Notes under the pieces: generated by a model | Databases searched by the model: none | What the model was told of the DNA's origin: nothing | What the model saw: the letters and a program-made list of their open reading frames with translations, nothing else | Position numbers and translations under genes: made by a program | Shown here: positions 1 to 16,032 of the stretch, one piece after another | Layout of the letters: every line of letters starts with the position of its first letter | How positions within the stretch are numbered: position 1 is the first letter of the stretch | From: the human T2T-CHM13v2.0 reference genome, Homo sapiens | Length of the DNA stretch: 64,000 nucleotides | Direction: 5' to 3' (one strand) | Assembly: GCF_009914755.1 (NCBI RefSeq) | Contig: NC_060939.1

Positions 1-86
1 TAGAGGTTGTAGTGAACCCAGATTGCACCACTGCACTCCAGCCTGGGCGACAGAGGAGACTCCGTCTCAAAAAAAAAAAATAAATA
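1..86 (+). mobile_element. Alu 3' end (right arm plus A tail), cut by the window edge
   Basis: '...cactgcactccagcctgggcgacagag...actccgtctc' followed by poly(A). Confidence 0.95.
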
Positions 87-87
87 A

Positions 88-620
88 GGACTTACTCTGG
101 TTGCTCAGTGAAGAACAAAGTACAGGGAGAAAGAGAAAGTGGGAGAGGAGTTAGGAGGCTATTTTCATAATCCATGAAAGCAATGACGTAAAGTGAAGCA
201 GGGTGTACATAATGGGTGTGGCAAGGGAAGCTCAGATTCTTAATACAGTTCAACAGTGTATGCCGATATGAGGTGTAAGAAACAAAGAGGGGTCAAGACA
301 AGTTTTCTGGCCTAATGGCTGGTACACTGGAAGTGCTATTTACTGAGACGGAGACGACGGAGGAGTGTTGGGCCCAGGGGTTGAAGGTGGAGGATCAAGA
401 ATTCCCTTATGGATGTGTGATAGTTGAGTTGTCTATTAGTCTTCCAAGTGGTGATAATCAGCAGATAATTAGATATGAGTCTAAATTTTAGAGGAGAGGT
501 AGGAGCTGGAAATATGTGTTCATGGACCATGCACATATACATGGAATTTAATGCCATTGGGCTTCATGAGATCACAGAGGCATGAGTGCACCAAGAAAAA
601 CGGTTGAGAACGGTTAAAAG
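88..620 (-). mobile_element. L2 LINE fragment
   Basis: GA-rich antisense L2-like text, e.g. 'gttgagttgtctattagtcttccaagtggtgat' and 'ttaggaggctatt'. Confidence 0.7.
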
Positions 621-1289
621 GTAAATGTTCCTTCTACATTTTGAATTTATAGAAATAATGACACAGTAGCCAGTTGCTGAAACGCTACCCAGTTCAGAGT
701 AAAACAAATTTCCTATTTTATCAAATCATTGAATGCCATTTAAAATTCATAATACTTGCAGAGAACCCAAATATCTTAATAAAGATGAAAGCCTAAGTTC
801 ACATTGGTGGCCTAGACTCTGCCTTCCCTGATCGTCTATTTAAAAATAACAATAATGATAATAATAAGAAGAAATATTCATGGATCACTAGATATGGTGA
901 AATACACTCAAAGGTAGATTCATTTCTTTTCTACTATACCCTTGTAACTATCAGTCTATAAAATAGTTTTATTAGAAAGGCACAGTCACCCTCAAGCCAA
1001 TAGCAGCTTATAAATACGGGGCAAGGAGCCTGGTGTGGGGAGGCTGAGAAATAATTGAGAGAACCAGTAGATATGAAGCTAACAAATAACACTGTCGAGC
1101 AGAATGAGGCAGATAAGCCAGAGGCAGTGCAAATGGCCGGTCAAGACAGGTAGACAGACAGAAGCCAGGAGTGAGAGACGGGAGGTCCAAAGTGCAATAA
1201 AACACTCAAGAACCAGTGAATCCATGGGAGCTTACAGCGGGGGGGGCGCATGAAGGGAGGAGCATCCAGGTAGAGGGGAAGGAATGGAG

Positions 1290-1765
1290 GTGTGAACAGG
1301 AGGCAGGAGGGCACAAGCTATTTGATATGTTTGGAGAGCGAGGTGCTTTTCTGAGGCTGAGAAAATAACGGGAAGCCAGAATCTGGAGGACTGGGTAGAC
1401 CATGTTAAACAGCAAGCACTTGATTCTGCACGTGTTGTTCGCCAGTGCAGGGCTTCTAAGCAAGGCAGTGACATGATCACATCACATTTTAGGAAGGGTA
1501 CAAATTAGGCATGGCCACAGGCAGGAAGACCCAAGAGATCTCTTACAGTCAGGGATAAGAGTCTAAACGACAAGGTGGCCATGGACATTCAAAGAAAGAA
1601 GACTGAAGAGACTTTAGAGGGCAGGCCCCATGGGACCTGAGTGAAGGGGTTTGGGAGACTCACAGCTTTCTGCTGTGAAGTCAAGGATATCACAAACTAT
1701 CGGAATGAAAGAAACAGTCCTAGGGCTAGGGGTAGGTGGATGAATGTGGTTCCATTTTGAACAAG
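1290..1765 (-). mobile_element. degenerate L2 fragment
   Basis: 'gtgacatgatcacatcacattttaggaag', 'gttccattttgaaca'. Confidence 0.5.
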
Positions 1766-2743
1766 AGGAGAAAATTCAGGTAATTCATTTTGATTGATCA
1801 AGCAAAATAATTTGCAGCTGAACATTATAGAAGCAACAACAATTCTTATGATATTGGGGTATAGGAAACAGGCTCAAGAAAGCACAGTATTTCCTGTTTC
1901 TCTTCTGATTCAATAAATAATATTTTCTGTTAAGGTTTTGAATAACTGTTGTTTTAATTAATCAAAAGGAGACAAGATAAATTTGAACTTAAAAGCATAA
2001 GAAAATCAGTTGTCTTTTTAGAAAAGGTGAGTCAGTATTTCCTATGGTCTTAAATCATCCTTCAAATAATGGTCCATGAAACAAATGAGATCCTACTTAT
2101 CTAGCCTTTTCCTTGACAGATTAAAAACTGTACCAAAATCTTACTATATTGCAAAGACACTAGTTCACTCAATTGAGAATCCTCAGTATACAAACATATA
2201 AATCAAGGGAACTTTAAAACCAATAATTGTGTTCAAAATGGGAAGATTATTCCAAATTTTTTCTACATATTTTAGAATAATTTCACAGTTAAACACCCTG
2301 TAGCTTATAAAATCATTATCCAGTATTTAATAAGGTATATCTATAACAATATCAACATTGGAATTTAACAGTTTACAAAGCACTTTTGATACATCACATT
2401 TACATGAAGGTGGCAACGAGTTCAGTACATTCATGCAGATTAGAAAACAGTAGTTTTTGAAGATTGTATTTGTTCATGTAAGTCAGAAGGTTTGAACTAT
2501 TTCCTACCCCTGCTATCGGTTTAAGCCTAAGAAATGTTATTCATTATGATTTGGTCTTTAAATAAATCACGAAGGTAGAGGGTAGAGCACACCCCATGAA
2601 TGCATTGAGGTGCCGTAAGGCTCCAACGCCAGAGGCGGCAGGTTGGAATTTAATTCAATCACGAATTTGTTATGAGAACTCTGACAAGCTTCAGCTCTAA
2701 AGTAAGCTTGGAAACACAAAGAAACTCTGCGAAAAATACTGAA

Positions 2744-2766
2744 CACAGACACACACACACACACAC
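2744..2766. repeat. (CA)n microsatellite
   Basis: direct reading. Confidence 0.9.
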
Positions 2767-2924
2767 TCCTCTCTTTTAAGACTGGCATAGAAGATGTAAG
2801 TGTACCAACAAGCAACCTCCAAAGAGCAAATGAAACAGAAAATTCAAACGGGTGCCTGGTAGGAGTTGTAACTTCAACAAAGTGCCTCTCATATCTGCCT
2901 CATAAACCCGTACTCATTTTTCAC

Positions 2925-3175
2925 AACTAACTCAAATAGCACCTCCTCAGTGACACCTTTCCTGTTCTGCCTACCAGATATATCTGCAGACCTAGTGTAT
3001 CCTCTAGCCCAGAACACAGGGCATCTTATACAGGGGGCTCTATCTACAAGGGGCTCTATGCTTTGACAGGAACTGTGAACCTATGGGCAGCAGTTTTTCA
3101 ATTCATGTTTGTGGCTCTCATTACAAATGTCCTGCCTCAGGCACCCAGCAGGTGGTAATAAATGCTGGTTGAACA
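2925..3175 (+). mobile_element. L2 3' end fragment
   Basis: 'ctcaaatagcacctcctcagtgacacctttcctg' through 'aataaatgctggttgaa'. Confidence 0.55.
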
Positions 3176-3790
3176 CTAAAACCTTGGAATGCTACATCAT
3201 TATTCTAAAGGATAGTCATTTTTTAAAACATTTTGGAAGTTCTTTTGAAACTGACTTTTTAGATTATGAAAATATCTCAGTGATAGGTTTTGATTTTCCA
3301 AGTTAGACCTTATTTTATTTTAGAAACCGTCAAAGTTATACAAAACCAAGCATGTGTCTCTGTGCATTTTGTTTTCTCTCCTCCCTTAATGGTAAGGAAG
3401 GGTTTCATCTCTTTTATAGGCCAAATGCTCCACAAATGAATGTGTTAACGAACGAACAAATTAACAAATGACAAGAATGAGAGCTCAAACTGCATAAAAG
3501 TATACTTACTTAAAAATGAGATGTGACGATTGCTAACATGTCATAACCAGACTCTGTCCTGACTTCGGCAAGCCACAACTTTGACAATAAAGAGGAAAGA
3601 GGATCAAGTCCCTAAATACCGCAGGTGCACTAAGACCTTCTCACGTGCCCGAAGAAGATACACTTGCAGAGGAGAAATGATGATGCAGAGGCCTGCTCCA
3701 AGATGCAGGAGGAAGTTTAATTGCCTGTGAATTTGACTGAAATGGAAGTCAAACGAGGTTTGAAAGGAAATAGAGATTGTTAAAGTCCTG

Positions 3791-4002
3791 ACTAGGCGAT
3801 AACTGCCGTCCTTCTCTTCTATCTGTCCCTGTTACTAGGAAATAACTGCCCTCCTTCTCTTCTATCTGTCCCTGTGACTAGGCGATAACTGCCGTCCTTC
3901 TCTTCTATCTGCCCCTGTGACTAGGCGATAACTGCCCTCCTTCTCTTCTATCTGTCCCTGTGATTAGGCGATAACTGCCATCCTTCTCTTCTATCTGCCC
4001 CT
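3791..4002. repeat. 43-bp minisatellite, ~5 copies
   Basis: unit actaggcgataactgcc(g/c)tccttctcttctatctg(t/c)ccctgtg starts at 3791, 3834, 3877, 3920 and 3963. Confidence 0.97.
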
Positions 4003-4149
4003 ACCTTGGGCCCCAAATGACTCAGCATTAAAGTGGCCTCCACAGGCATCACTTCCCGCTCTGCTGTCCTGCCTTGCTTTCCTCCTGGCAGGGAAGAAAG
4101 AAGGAAGGAAAGAAGACCCTGAGCTGGAATCATACATATCATCGCAATT

Positions 4150-4300
4150 CATCCACACTGCAGTCCTGTAAGGTATGTGCCATTGTACTCAGAAAACTGA
4201 GGCTCAAAGAGATTGAGCAACTTATCTAAGACCTCACAGGTCCTGAGAGCAGAGCCTGGATTTCAAACACCTGGGAGACTCTGAAATCCATGTTAGCTCT
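4150..4300 (-). mobile_element. MIR SINE
   Basis: core 'gaaaactgaggctcaaagagattgagcaacttatctaag...ggatttcaaac'. Confidence 0.75.
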
Positions 4301-4374
4301 TCTATACATGGGCCCAAAATGCAGCTATACACCAGCAAGACTGACTTCCTCTTGTGGCTTATCACTAGCTCTGA

Positions 4375-4860
4375 ATACAAGAATCTTCAAAATGCTTTAT
4401 AAACAATAGTAGCATCATGGGAATAAGTTGGCAAGTTCCCAGAATTACTGTTTTAGATGCACTTGAACTTTTTCTCCATGTATAGAGTCAGGAATAAGGA
4501 AAAAGGAACCAAAGGAGAAGGAGAAAAATAAAACGGGACTGAGCCTTATACTTCTGGACCAAAACAGATAATGTTGGGATTTTCCTTCCTTTTTTTCCAG
4601 ACAAATCCAATAAAGACGTCTGTTTCTGTTACCTAAAACCAACTTGAAAAGTTTGCTCCCTCCTACCTTAAGCGGCTTTGTATAGAGCCCACAGTTGAAC
4701 GTTGGTTCCAATGGCAAAGGTTAATTGCAAAGTTTTTATAGTGTTATTCAAAGCACGTTTGATTTCAGCCTTGGCAACCATGGGCAGAATGTCAGCAATG
4801 CTCCTTCTATTAGCTATTGGAGAGAAAACACTGTGAAACTCTAAGACCTTGGTTATTGGG
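4375..4860 (-). mobile_element. probable ancient non-LTR retroelement (RTE/L4/CR1-like) RT remnant
   Basis: minus-strand hand translation gives ILPMVAKAEIKRAL..AIGTN..LYKAA and GN.CQLIPMM..IVYKAF*RFL, resembling the P.I...EI..AL / APG.D / NYRPISLLS..YK.F..IL order of LINE RTs. Confidence 0.45.
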
Positions 4861-5764
4861 CCAATGAAACATTTATGCCCTGATCAGATGGAGGAAAACT
4901 TCAGCAGGGTTAGTGAGACACCTTCCAAGTGTACCAATGAAGCTCTTGCCTGCTGTTACAGATAAATGACTTTCATTTCACTATTGGCTTGTGCTTGAGA
5001 AGGTTATTCAATTGATTCCAGTTTTTTGCAATGCCTTGAAGGCAAATAATGTTGTAGCATCCACTGTCCTCATAATACACTGTTTCTTTTCTAAGGAAGG
5101 TTGTTGTCATAATACCCTAGATATTAACAGAAAATATTCCACTTCTTATCATATATTAATTTGGCTCTGGAATAAGTAAATGTAACTACCAGAATGCTAA
5201 TGAGGATGTTACGCTGATGTTTATTTGTGTGTTCTAATCTGTAGATAAACAGCAAGGTCTCTTATATTTCATGATTCCAAGTCTCAGGCCACAGCAGGAC
5301 AAGTATCAAAACATCTATTCTCAATTCGGAGTTGAGATTTCTAATAAGAATTCTATTTTATCCATAATCATAAAATAGCACCAGGAAAAGTCAATATCTA
5401 AAAATACAGATAGTTGAAAAGTAGATCTTTCTGCCCTTAACATAAACAAACTGTAAAATCTGAAGTTAAAATTATTCCTTGTACCAGCCTCCTAATTTAC
5501 CCAGAGTTAACAGAAAAGTTATAGCAGTGCATGAAGCTCTGAGGTTTTGATGGGTGTAGATATAGACATCCATCCAATTCTGCCATTTCACACTAGTCAG
5601 AATACCAGTCATAGAAATCCCACAGGAAAAATCATTTCTGAAGGTATCTGGTCTTATGGATTATAAAATTAATCTTTCTTATCATTGTACCTAAACTGAA
5701 ATATGCTTCCTATACAAAGAAGGTTTATTTCAAGAGTTAAGACCACCTCTCGCCATCCCCCTTA

Positions 5765-5786
5765 ACACACACACACACACGCACAC

Positions 5787-5825
<39 letters not shown>
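5765..5825. repeat. compound (CA)n(GA)n microsatellite
   Basis: direct reading. Confidence 0.95.
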
Positions 5826-7542
5826 ATTGAGAGCATTAGTGGTTTTCTCCCTTAGACTGATTTTTTCTTGCTGTTATTTTTAGCCACTTTGTTAACGGTG
5901 GGGTTAAAGGGCAGGATAGATGTAACACCCATTTCACATACATGTTGCAACATCAGAGATGCTAGTCTTCGTTAAAAATACCAGTTCCAGATTCCTTCTA
6001 AAATATATTTTTAAAAATCAGTACATTTGGTACCTTGGAAATGCTGAAATGTTATCATGAATGCTGGTTATTTGTTATGAGTAAACTGTCTATTATCTTC
6101 AATATAAACTATAATTTACTGGTCTGAACACTCTTCCTATCTTACCTGTATATACTCAAAGGGAGCAATTTCTCATGTTTAGCAAATTGTTCTTTAGGTA
6201 ATTTGTTCTTTAGCTTTTTTGTACAAAAGTACAAAATAGTTATCACAGCAAACTTTCCAGTATTTATTATTTTGAAGGTATATATTTTGGAGTGAACTTT
6301 TTTTTTTTTTTTTGCCATGTCAGGCTTGAGCAGGATAGCAAATATATAAATTGAGCTCTCTAATTATAATCTCAATATATGAATTCTTGCTAATTAAAAT
6401 ACTTTGCACAAGCAAAAACAATTGCCACGTATGTGTTTAGGAGGTAGTTAAGTAACTCCATATAAAAATAAGTGCACTTTCCCCTCCTTTCTTCAGTGAC
6501 TAGAAAACTTCCATACTTTTAAAATAATCAAATAATAATTTAGAGAGCAACAGCCCTCAACTCTTTGCTGGTGCTTATCACACTGCCTTTCTTCACTCCA
6601 TTCTTAGCTCTGCTAGTTTCTTCTTGTCTGTAATGATAATAAGGGAATGTGGGTGGGTCAGCACTTCTGTGTAGGTCCCCTTTCCAAATTTACCTTCCAA
6701 AAAGCCAACCAAATAAACAACCAAAAAATTGTGCAACAAAACACAAATAGCATTCCAACAGCTTGGCAAGTGATGCATTCACCTGAGATTGAGTGGTTTT
6801 AGGCGGTCAGTAACAAAATGCTTCTTTGCTGTCTCAGTAGAAAGGCAACAAATTCTTCAAAGAAACCAAGAAGGTTACTACCTTGACAACGTCTCTCATT
6901 ACCGTCCTCCTCTTATGTCTTTTCTCTCCACATTATCTGTTGTGTATCTACTATAGAAGGCTACAAAACATACAGCAGAAAGGATGGCTTGAAGGCAATT
7001 GGTGTTTGTAAATAAATTCACAACAAGGTCCAAGCTGAAGAGGTGAACACATCAGCCACGTGGGACAATTCTCAGCATGTGCAAACATAGGCAAATTCTA
7101 GCCTATGTTACATTGAAAACAATGTCAGTGCATTTTTTTCATGTTAAAGATTTTTTAAAAGCTAAAGCGTGTTCTTTGCTGTGCTGACCACAAACAAGTT
7201 TTAAGAGTTTCGGAAGTCTGGCAAAAATAGAAAAAAAAAAAAAAAAAAGCTGAAGCAACATTGAACTGCACAATGTAAGCATTAGGCATGCACAAATTTT
7301 CAAAACAAAGGAAGGAAATCATCCCTCTCTATAACATGGTTAGGCTGATTTTTAAGAAATAAAATTAAGATATCAGAAAAGCAAACGTTTGGCACCTACA
7401 TATCCAATATCTGGCACCGTGCAGAGTAGAAGAGTGAAAGAAATAATGAAGAACAAAGTGGTTACTTTGCTTCAGGAGTTCATGATCTATAGTTAGAAAC
7501 CAATATAAACATTTTGAGTATATTTCAAAGAAAGAGAAAAGC

Positions 7543-7685
7543 AGGCCGGGTGTGGTGGCTTGCACCTCTAGTAATAACACTTTGGGAGGCTGAGGTGGGA
7601 AGATTGCTTGAGCTCATGAGTTTGATACCAGCCTGAGAAATATAGTAAAACCTCACATCTATAAAAAAATTAATTTAAAAAAAAG
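7543..7685 (+). mobile_element. Alu monomer (FLAM/left arm)
   Basis: 'ggccgggtgtggtggcttgcacctct...cactttgggaggctgaggtgggaagattgcttgag' plus A tail. Confidence 0.9.
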
Positions 7686-7879
7686 CAGAGCAAAAACAAA
7701 TATGAAAGAAAACATTAGAAATCAGAGCTCGGGCAAAGAGTTCAACGTAAGCAAAGCAGCTCTGCCCTGGGGGACCTCTGGAGCATCCCGGCTTCCTGTA
7801 GAGGCCCCACCACATGGCCCTTTCCCATCACTGGGAACCGTCTTCTGTATCATGCCAGGATTTTCCCCCAAACTTCTCA

Positions 7880-8800
7880 ACCTAATTTATTCAGCCAAAA
7901 CATATATATTTCTTGAATCCTTACTAAAAGAAAGGCACTGTTCAACTTAATGAAAATATGTCAATGATATAAAACAAAAATGTTTACCCTCATGCAAATT
8001 ATATTCCAGTGAGAAAAGACAGATCATTAATAAAATAAATATGTAAAATATATAATATGCCAGAAGGTAATAAGTGGCACAGAGAAAAATTAAGTTTGGA
8101 AGAGAGCTCAGGAATGCTGGGAGCAGGTAGATGTGAAGGTAGTTAGAATGCTCAAGGAGGGAGTAATAGGCAGAAGAATGGCCTTTCTACATGTCCATAT
8201 CCCTATATGGCAAAAAGGACTATGGATGTGATGAAGTTATGGATCATGAGATGAGGAGATTATTCTGGATTACCCATGTTGGCCCAATGTCATCACAAGA
8301 GGACTTAAAAGCAAAAGAGGGAGGCAGGAGAGTCTGAGGCAAGAAGCGTGACAGCTAGGGTCAGAATGATGTGGTTGCTGCCTGGAAGGGGGCCAGGGGC
8401 CAAGGGATGCAGGCATCCTTTAAAAGCTGGAGAAGGTAAGAAAGTGTTCTCTCTCCCCTAGAGAGAGTGTGTGTTCTTTTAGGCTACTAGAGGTGTGCTA
8501 ATTTATTCCAGCAATCATAGAAAACTTATATAGATAAGGTCTCACTGAGAAGATAACATTTGAACAAAGATTCCAAGGAGGTGAGGGCACCAGCTATGCA
8601 GATATCTGGGGAAGAGAACTCGAGGAAGAAAAGGCAGGCAAACAGCAGGGTGCCTAGCCTATGTGCATGAAGTAGAGAACACTGGGAGTCAGAAGGCTAA
8701 CAGAAGACAAGTCAGAGAGAGGGACTGGGGTGGGTCAACTCACACTCAGCCTCACTGGCTATTGTAAGAACTTCGAGTTATTCTGAGACACTCAGTATAG
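7880..8800 (-). mobile_element. L2 fragment split by an MLT1 LTR
   Basis: 'ggtctcactgagaagataacatttgaacaaaga', 'gctatgcagatatctggggaagag'. Confidence 0.6.
8165..8532 (+). mobile_element. MLT1 (MLT1D-like) MaLR LTR
   Basis: 'atggcaaaaaggact...gagattattctggattaccc' through 'cagcaatcatagaaaacttata'. Confidence 0.75.
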
Positions 8801-8869
8801 GAAAGTCTATGAATATTTATAGAAATTCTGAACGTTTACAAGATGAATAAAAGTTGTATGCTAGCAAAC

Positions 8870-9003
8870 CTATTGGTTGGGTGGGGGGAAGCCCAGATTT
8901 GTAGCATTTGCTGATTTCCATTGTGTAAATATTTCTACTGATGGTTTGACAAACACTTCATAAAATTTCTGGGTACTTAATTATCAGCTCCAGTAGAGCG
9001 CTG
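8870..9003. mobile_element. MER63-like hAT fragment
   Basis: 'gatttgtagcatttgctgatttccattgtgtaaata'. Confidence 0.6.
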
Positions 9004-9605
9004 CATGTATGACACCACATTTGCCAATTCCACACTAGATTCTATTGGGAACAAGCTGTATGAGAGTCAACTGGTGGCAGAAATAAAGAAGTCCTCAATA
9101 AAAATCAGCATTTATTTTTGACAGATGTGAAATCCTGGAACTTATTTCTCTTTACTTGCTCTGCCTGGTGATTAAATTATGATTTTAAAAGAAATAGTTT
9201 TAATTTCTTATTAGAATGCTGCCACCAAATAAAAAAAATACGTACTTTAACTATATGCAATCTTTTCTATATTATACTGTTGTCAACAGAAACATTATCA
9301 TGGGCCAACTTCATGAAAGGAGATATGTGATAGAAGATGGAGTTGTTGGAATGGAAAAAAAAGTCAAATTTTACTTTGGATTAATCAGAGGGAAGAAAGC
9401 AAACAGACAGGAAAGGAAAGGCAAGCTTAGCCAAGTTGAAGAGGCTGAACTCAGGAGGCAGTGGGAGAATAGGATCATAGTTTGAAGAGAGCTGCTAGGC
9501 TGTTTACTCCAGGTGAGGATCATAATCCCAGAAGACCCAGTCACAAACACCATAACACTGAATGTTGAAATCCTGAAAGATTAAAATTCCTAAGGTCTAA
9601 ATTCT

Positions 9606-11990
<2,385 letters not shown>

Positions 11991-12039
11991 TAAAGTCTAA
12001 ATTCTTAACATCTAAAATCCAGAAAATCACAGTCATAGG

Positions 12040-12305
12040 AGAGTTGTACCAAGTTAGTTGCATCGTGTTAGGTACAACTGTTGCTTTGTTTTCTTTTTAT
12101 TTGGAAATTATGTATGGTTTAAGGAGGTCCATATGGGTGCCAAATCTACAAGGGGTGGACTTGCAGACTTAATTTCAGGTGTCAACTTGACTGGATTAAA
12201 GAATCCCTGGAAAGCTGGGAAAGCATTATTTTGGGTATGTCTGTGATGGTTTTCTCAGAAGAGATCAGTGTGTGGGTCTGAGCGGACTAGGTGGGGAAGA
12301 TCTGC
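12040..12305 (+). mobile_element. ERVL 3' internal end, PPT and MLT2 LTR 5' part carried inside Ricksha
   Basis: PPT-like 'aaggggtggac' followed by 'ttaatttcaggtgtcaacttgactggattaaag...agcattattttgggt...ggactaggtggggaagatctgc'. Confidence 0.8.
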
Positions 12306-12639
12306 TGTCACTGTTTTGAATGTCCTGAATATCACAGAAGAAGTTAAAATGAAAGTAAAAAATGGACAAAATCTTGTCTGCCAAATTATGTAATCATGTA
12401 CCAAACACCTCTACAGGTAGCACCATGCTTGCCTTCACAAAATGCCTTTTGTCAGATAATAAAAATAGTTCAACAAATTCAGTGGCCTTCTGAGCCAGAC
12501 ACCTCCTGGCACAGAGCTTCCTCTAGTGCTACAAGACATATTAAATCATGAACTATTCTTGATTAGGGATTTGACTGTCAAAAAAGATAAACATGTTTAT
12601 TTACCACTAAGTTTAACATAACAAAACTGGTGCATGTTT

Positions 12640-13500
12640 CACTTTGGCTGCTGAACGGCACTTTCAAAACTGTCCCCAGTGGGTTTTTTAAATCAACTTT
12701 ATACAGTTTATGCCCCCATTGGATTACAAAATTCTGTAATTTAATCTGCATGTTTATGGTTTAATAACTGGAAAAAGTGAAGTACTTTTTAAAAGCTTAT
12801 TTGAAGATTTGGAGGGCTTTGCAGAAGAAAATAGATTTCAATTGCATCCCCAAATTATAATGACAAGTTTTTAATTAGGTGTGATCAAGGCTTCTAAAAG
12901 TGAAATGCAAGTTGTTACCAGTAAAGTTTATATCTTCCATTCAGCCCAGCTCATTTGCCAGAAAATTCAGATGAGTGGATTGGCCAGGCCATCTGGCAAT
13001 GATGAAAATTTTAGTTTAAAAATGTGTCATTTGTCTGTATTGGCATTCCTTCCACCTGATAAAATTCCAGGAGCTTTTGATAAATTAAAACCACAATTGC
13101 CTGAAGAAGACAGAAATATTACATACTGGTTTGAAAATAATAATGTGCAAGGTAGGATAAGAAGTCATTTAGGCAATGGTGTTGCTGTTCAATCAAAAGT
13201 ATTGTTTCTGAAAAATGAGTGTCCTGTATATGAGGGCCTGCAAAATGGATTTCCACATACTCAAAACAATAGACGAGAATGGCATAGAAGATTGGAAAAT
13301 GTAATAGGAAATGCTCATGTCAGTGTGTATCAAATTATAGAAGAATTTCAAAAAGAGCAGTGCCACGTAGAAAATGAATGTGAATGTATTTTATCAGGAG
13401 AGTCAAATCCTAAAAACAAAAAAGACAACTATTCATCGTGATGCATGACTTCAAAATATAGCTAATGATCATGAAAGTCAGCCAGCTATGATGAACTCTG
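12640..13500 (+). pseudogene. decayed MULE transposase (Ricksha)
   Basis: WLLNGTFKTVP (DGTF motif, D lost), IMTSF*LGVIKA (TDFE motif), IFHSAQ, LAFLPP and HTQNNRREWH (RTNN..E.WH); includes ORF 12881-13441. Confidence 0.85.
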
Positions 13501-14154
13501 CAAATGCCCATAATCTATCCATGTAATATACTTTTTATGTGTCAATTTTCTTTTTAGTTGTTTCTTTTTCAATTTTTTCCACTATTTTAAATTGTCACCA
13601 TTATTTTTTACAAGTTGCTATGCTGTGTATTTCATCTTAGTATCATTTCAATACTGAAGGTATGAATTTTGCAAAGACTTTTAGAGAGTTCTAATTTGTT
13701 TTATGCATTTTTTTTGCAAACTTAACTCCACAAGAGTGCATTATCACAACACTGACTTTGTGTGTAACCATTGCACATGCACATAAAAACATTAAAGTTT
13801 CCTCAATAAATGAGAAGATATCCTTTCTGCACATTTGCATTTGGGAAAGAGAAAATTCCTCAGGATCTCAGCTCTTTGACTACATATTAGATGGTGACCC
13901 ATCCCAGCTTTTGATGAATCTGGTCAAAAGACTTAGGTTGGCACAATATTCCAGATGACCTAAGTTATAAAGCTGAGTGCACCCAGTTACCAACCATGCT
14001 TTTATGCATTTTGCTTTTTGACCCATTTCTTTACAAATACAACTCATCTGCTCATTACCATTATACCCGTGAGACTATCGTTAGCATACCTGAGTTTTAT
14101 GCTTGCAAATATATGTATGTTATTATTGCCTATTGATTGTGTAAAGTGGCCTAG

Positions 14155-14516
<362 letters not shown>

Positions 14517-16032
14517 AATAAATGCTTTTTAAAGAATGTGTTAATAATTTTTTTCCAGAATTGTATGTTCAGAATTTTGATTTTTTAGGATTGTAATTTT
14601 CAGGATTTTAGACTGTACAGATTTTGATCTTTTGGGACTTCAACATTCGGGATTACGACGTTTACGATTGTGTTTTCCTGGGCTGTGGCCCAATCTCGTG
14701 TGGTCCAACACTATTTCACATGAGAGGAAAGCAAACCACGTGCACAGATGCAATGAAGGCTTAAATAGGAATCTTGTATAGATTATATCCCAGGAAAACA
14801 TGATTAAGATGATACATAACGACTTTTTTTCCCCCAGTGAAAAAGATCCACATTCTTTTTCTTGTGTGGAATTAAACACAATTTCTGAATCAATGTAAGT
14901 GAATGCAAATCACCACGTTCACTTAGCTGATGCTCCTTTATTAACAGGGATAGAAAGGAGGTCATTCGAAGAGATGATGGCACGGGACCCAGGACCTGAG
15001 GAAGCTGCAGTGGGTGAAGGGGAGAAACAGGAGCAGGGGCTGGAGAAAGAATGGGGAGTCATCAACCACCCTCCTTTCTCCTGGCGTCTGGTTTTCGGAG
15101 CCCAGAGGTCTTCTCTAGGGCCTCAGAGAAGCTTCCAAGTCTGTTCATTTCTCTTTCCCCACCCCTGCTTGTATCACAAATAAAGAAATTATTGACAACT
15201 GAATTCCTGACTAGGTGGCAGGATTTTAGGGACCCTTCACCTCGTCTGAAACTCATGAAGGTAGTGGGAATCCCATGGGTTACTTAGAAATAGTCCCTGA
15301 GATTATTTGGTCATATAAATAATCAGAAAACTCATAGTCATCTTGCTTTTCTTATAATGCCCAGCTGGGGGATGGTGGGGGTAGGTAGGACTGGAGTGAG
15401 AAGAGATAGAACCAGAGATGGCTTTCATGTATGGGGCTCTCCAGAGCAATCAGGCCTAAGTACAACCAAGAAGGGTCTTGAAGCCGCTCTGGTGAGGGCA
15501 GCCTGGTCTCAGGCCCCAGCTCACACCAAGCACGTCACCTGTCTGACTGGGAAGCTTAAGCAATGTGTTTCTGTTTTTGCTTTTGTTTTCTGGTAAAGAA
15601 TTCAATGTCATTAGCTACATTCACAATGCTGTGCAATCATCACCACTATCCATTTCTGAAACATTCTATCATCCCAGACAGGAACTCTGTGCCCATTAGA
15701 CACTAACCCCGCCCATTTCCACCTCCTGCCAGTCCTGAAAACCTCTATTCTGCTTTGTGTCTCTATTAATTTGCCTGTTCCAGGTTCTTCATATAGATGG
15801 AATCACGTAGTCTGTGTTTGACGTCTGACTTAGCATAATGTTTTTAAGTTTTATCTATGTGGTAGCAAGTATCAGAATTCCCTCCCTTTTTAAAGATCAC
15901 TAATATTCCATTTTATGTCTATACCACGTTTTGTTTATCCATCTATCCCTCAATAGACTTTTTAGGTTGTTTCTACCTTGTGGTTCCTGTAAATAAGGCT
16001 GCTGTAATGCTGCAATGAACACAGGTGTAGCA

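Noticed and set aside
12881-13441. 186-aa ORF as a domesticated transposase gene
   Set aside because: Non-ATG start, an upstream in-frame stop, and lost catalytic acidic residues
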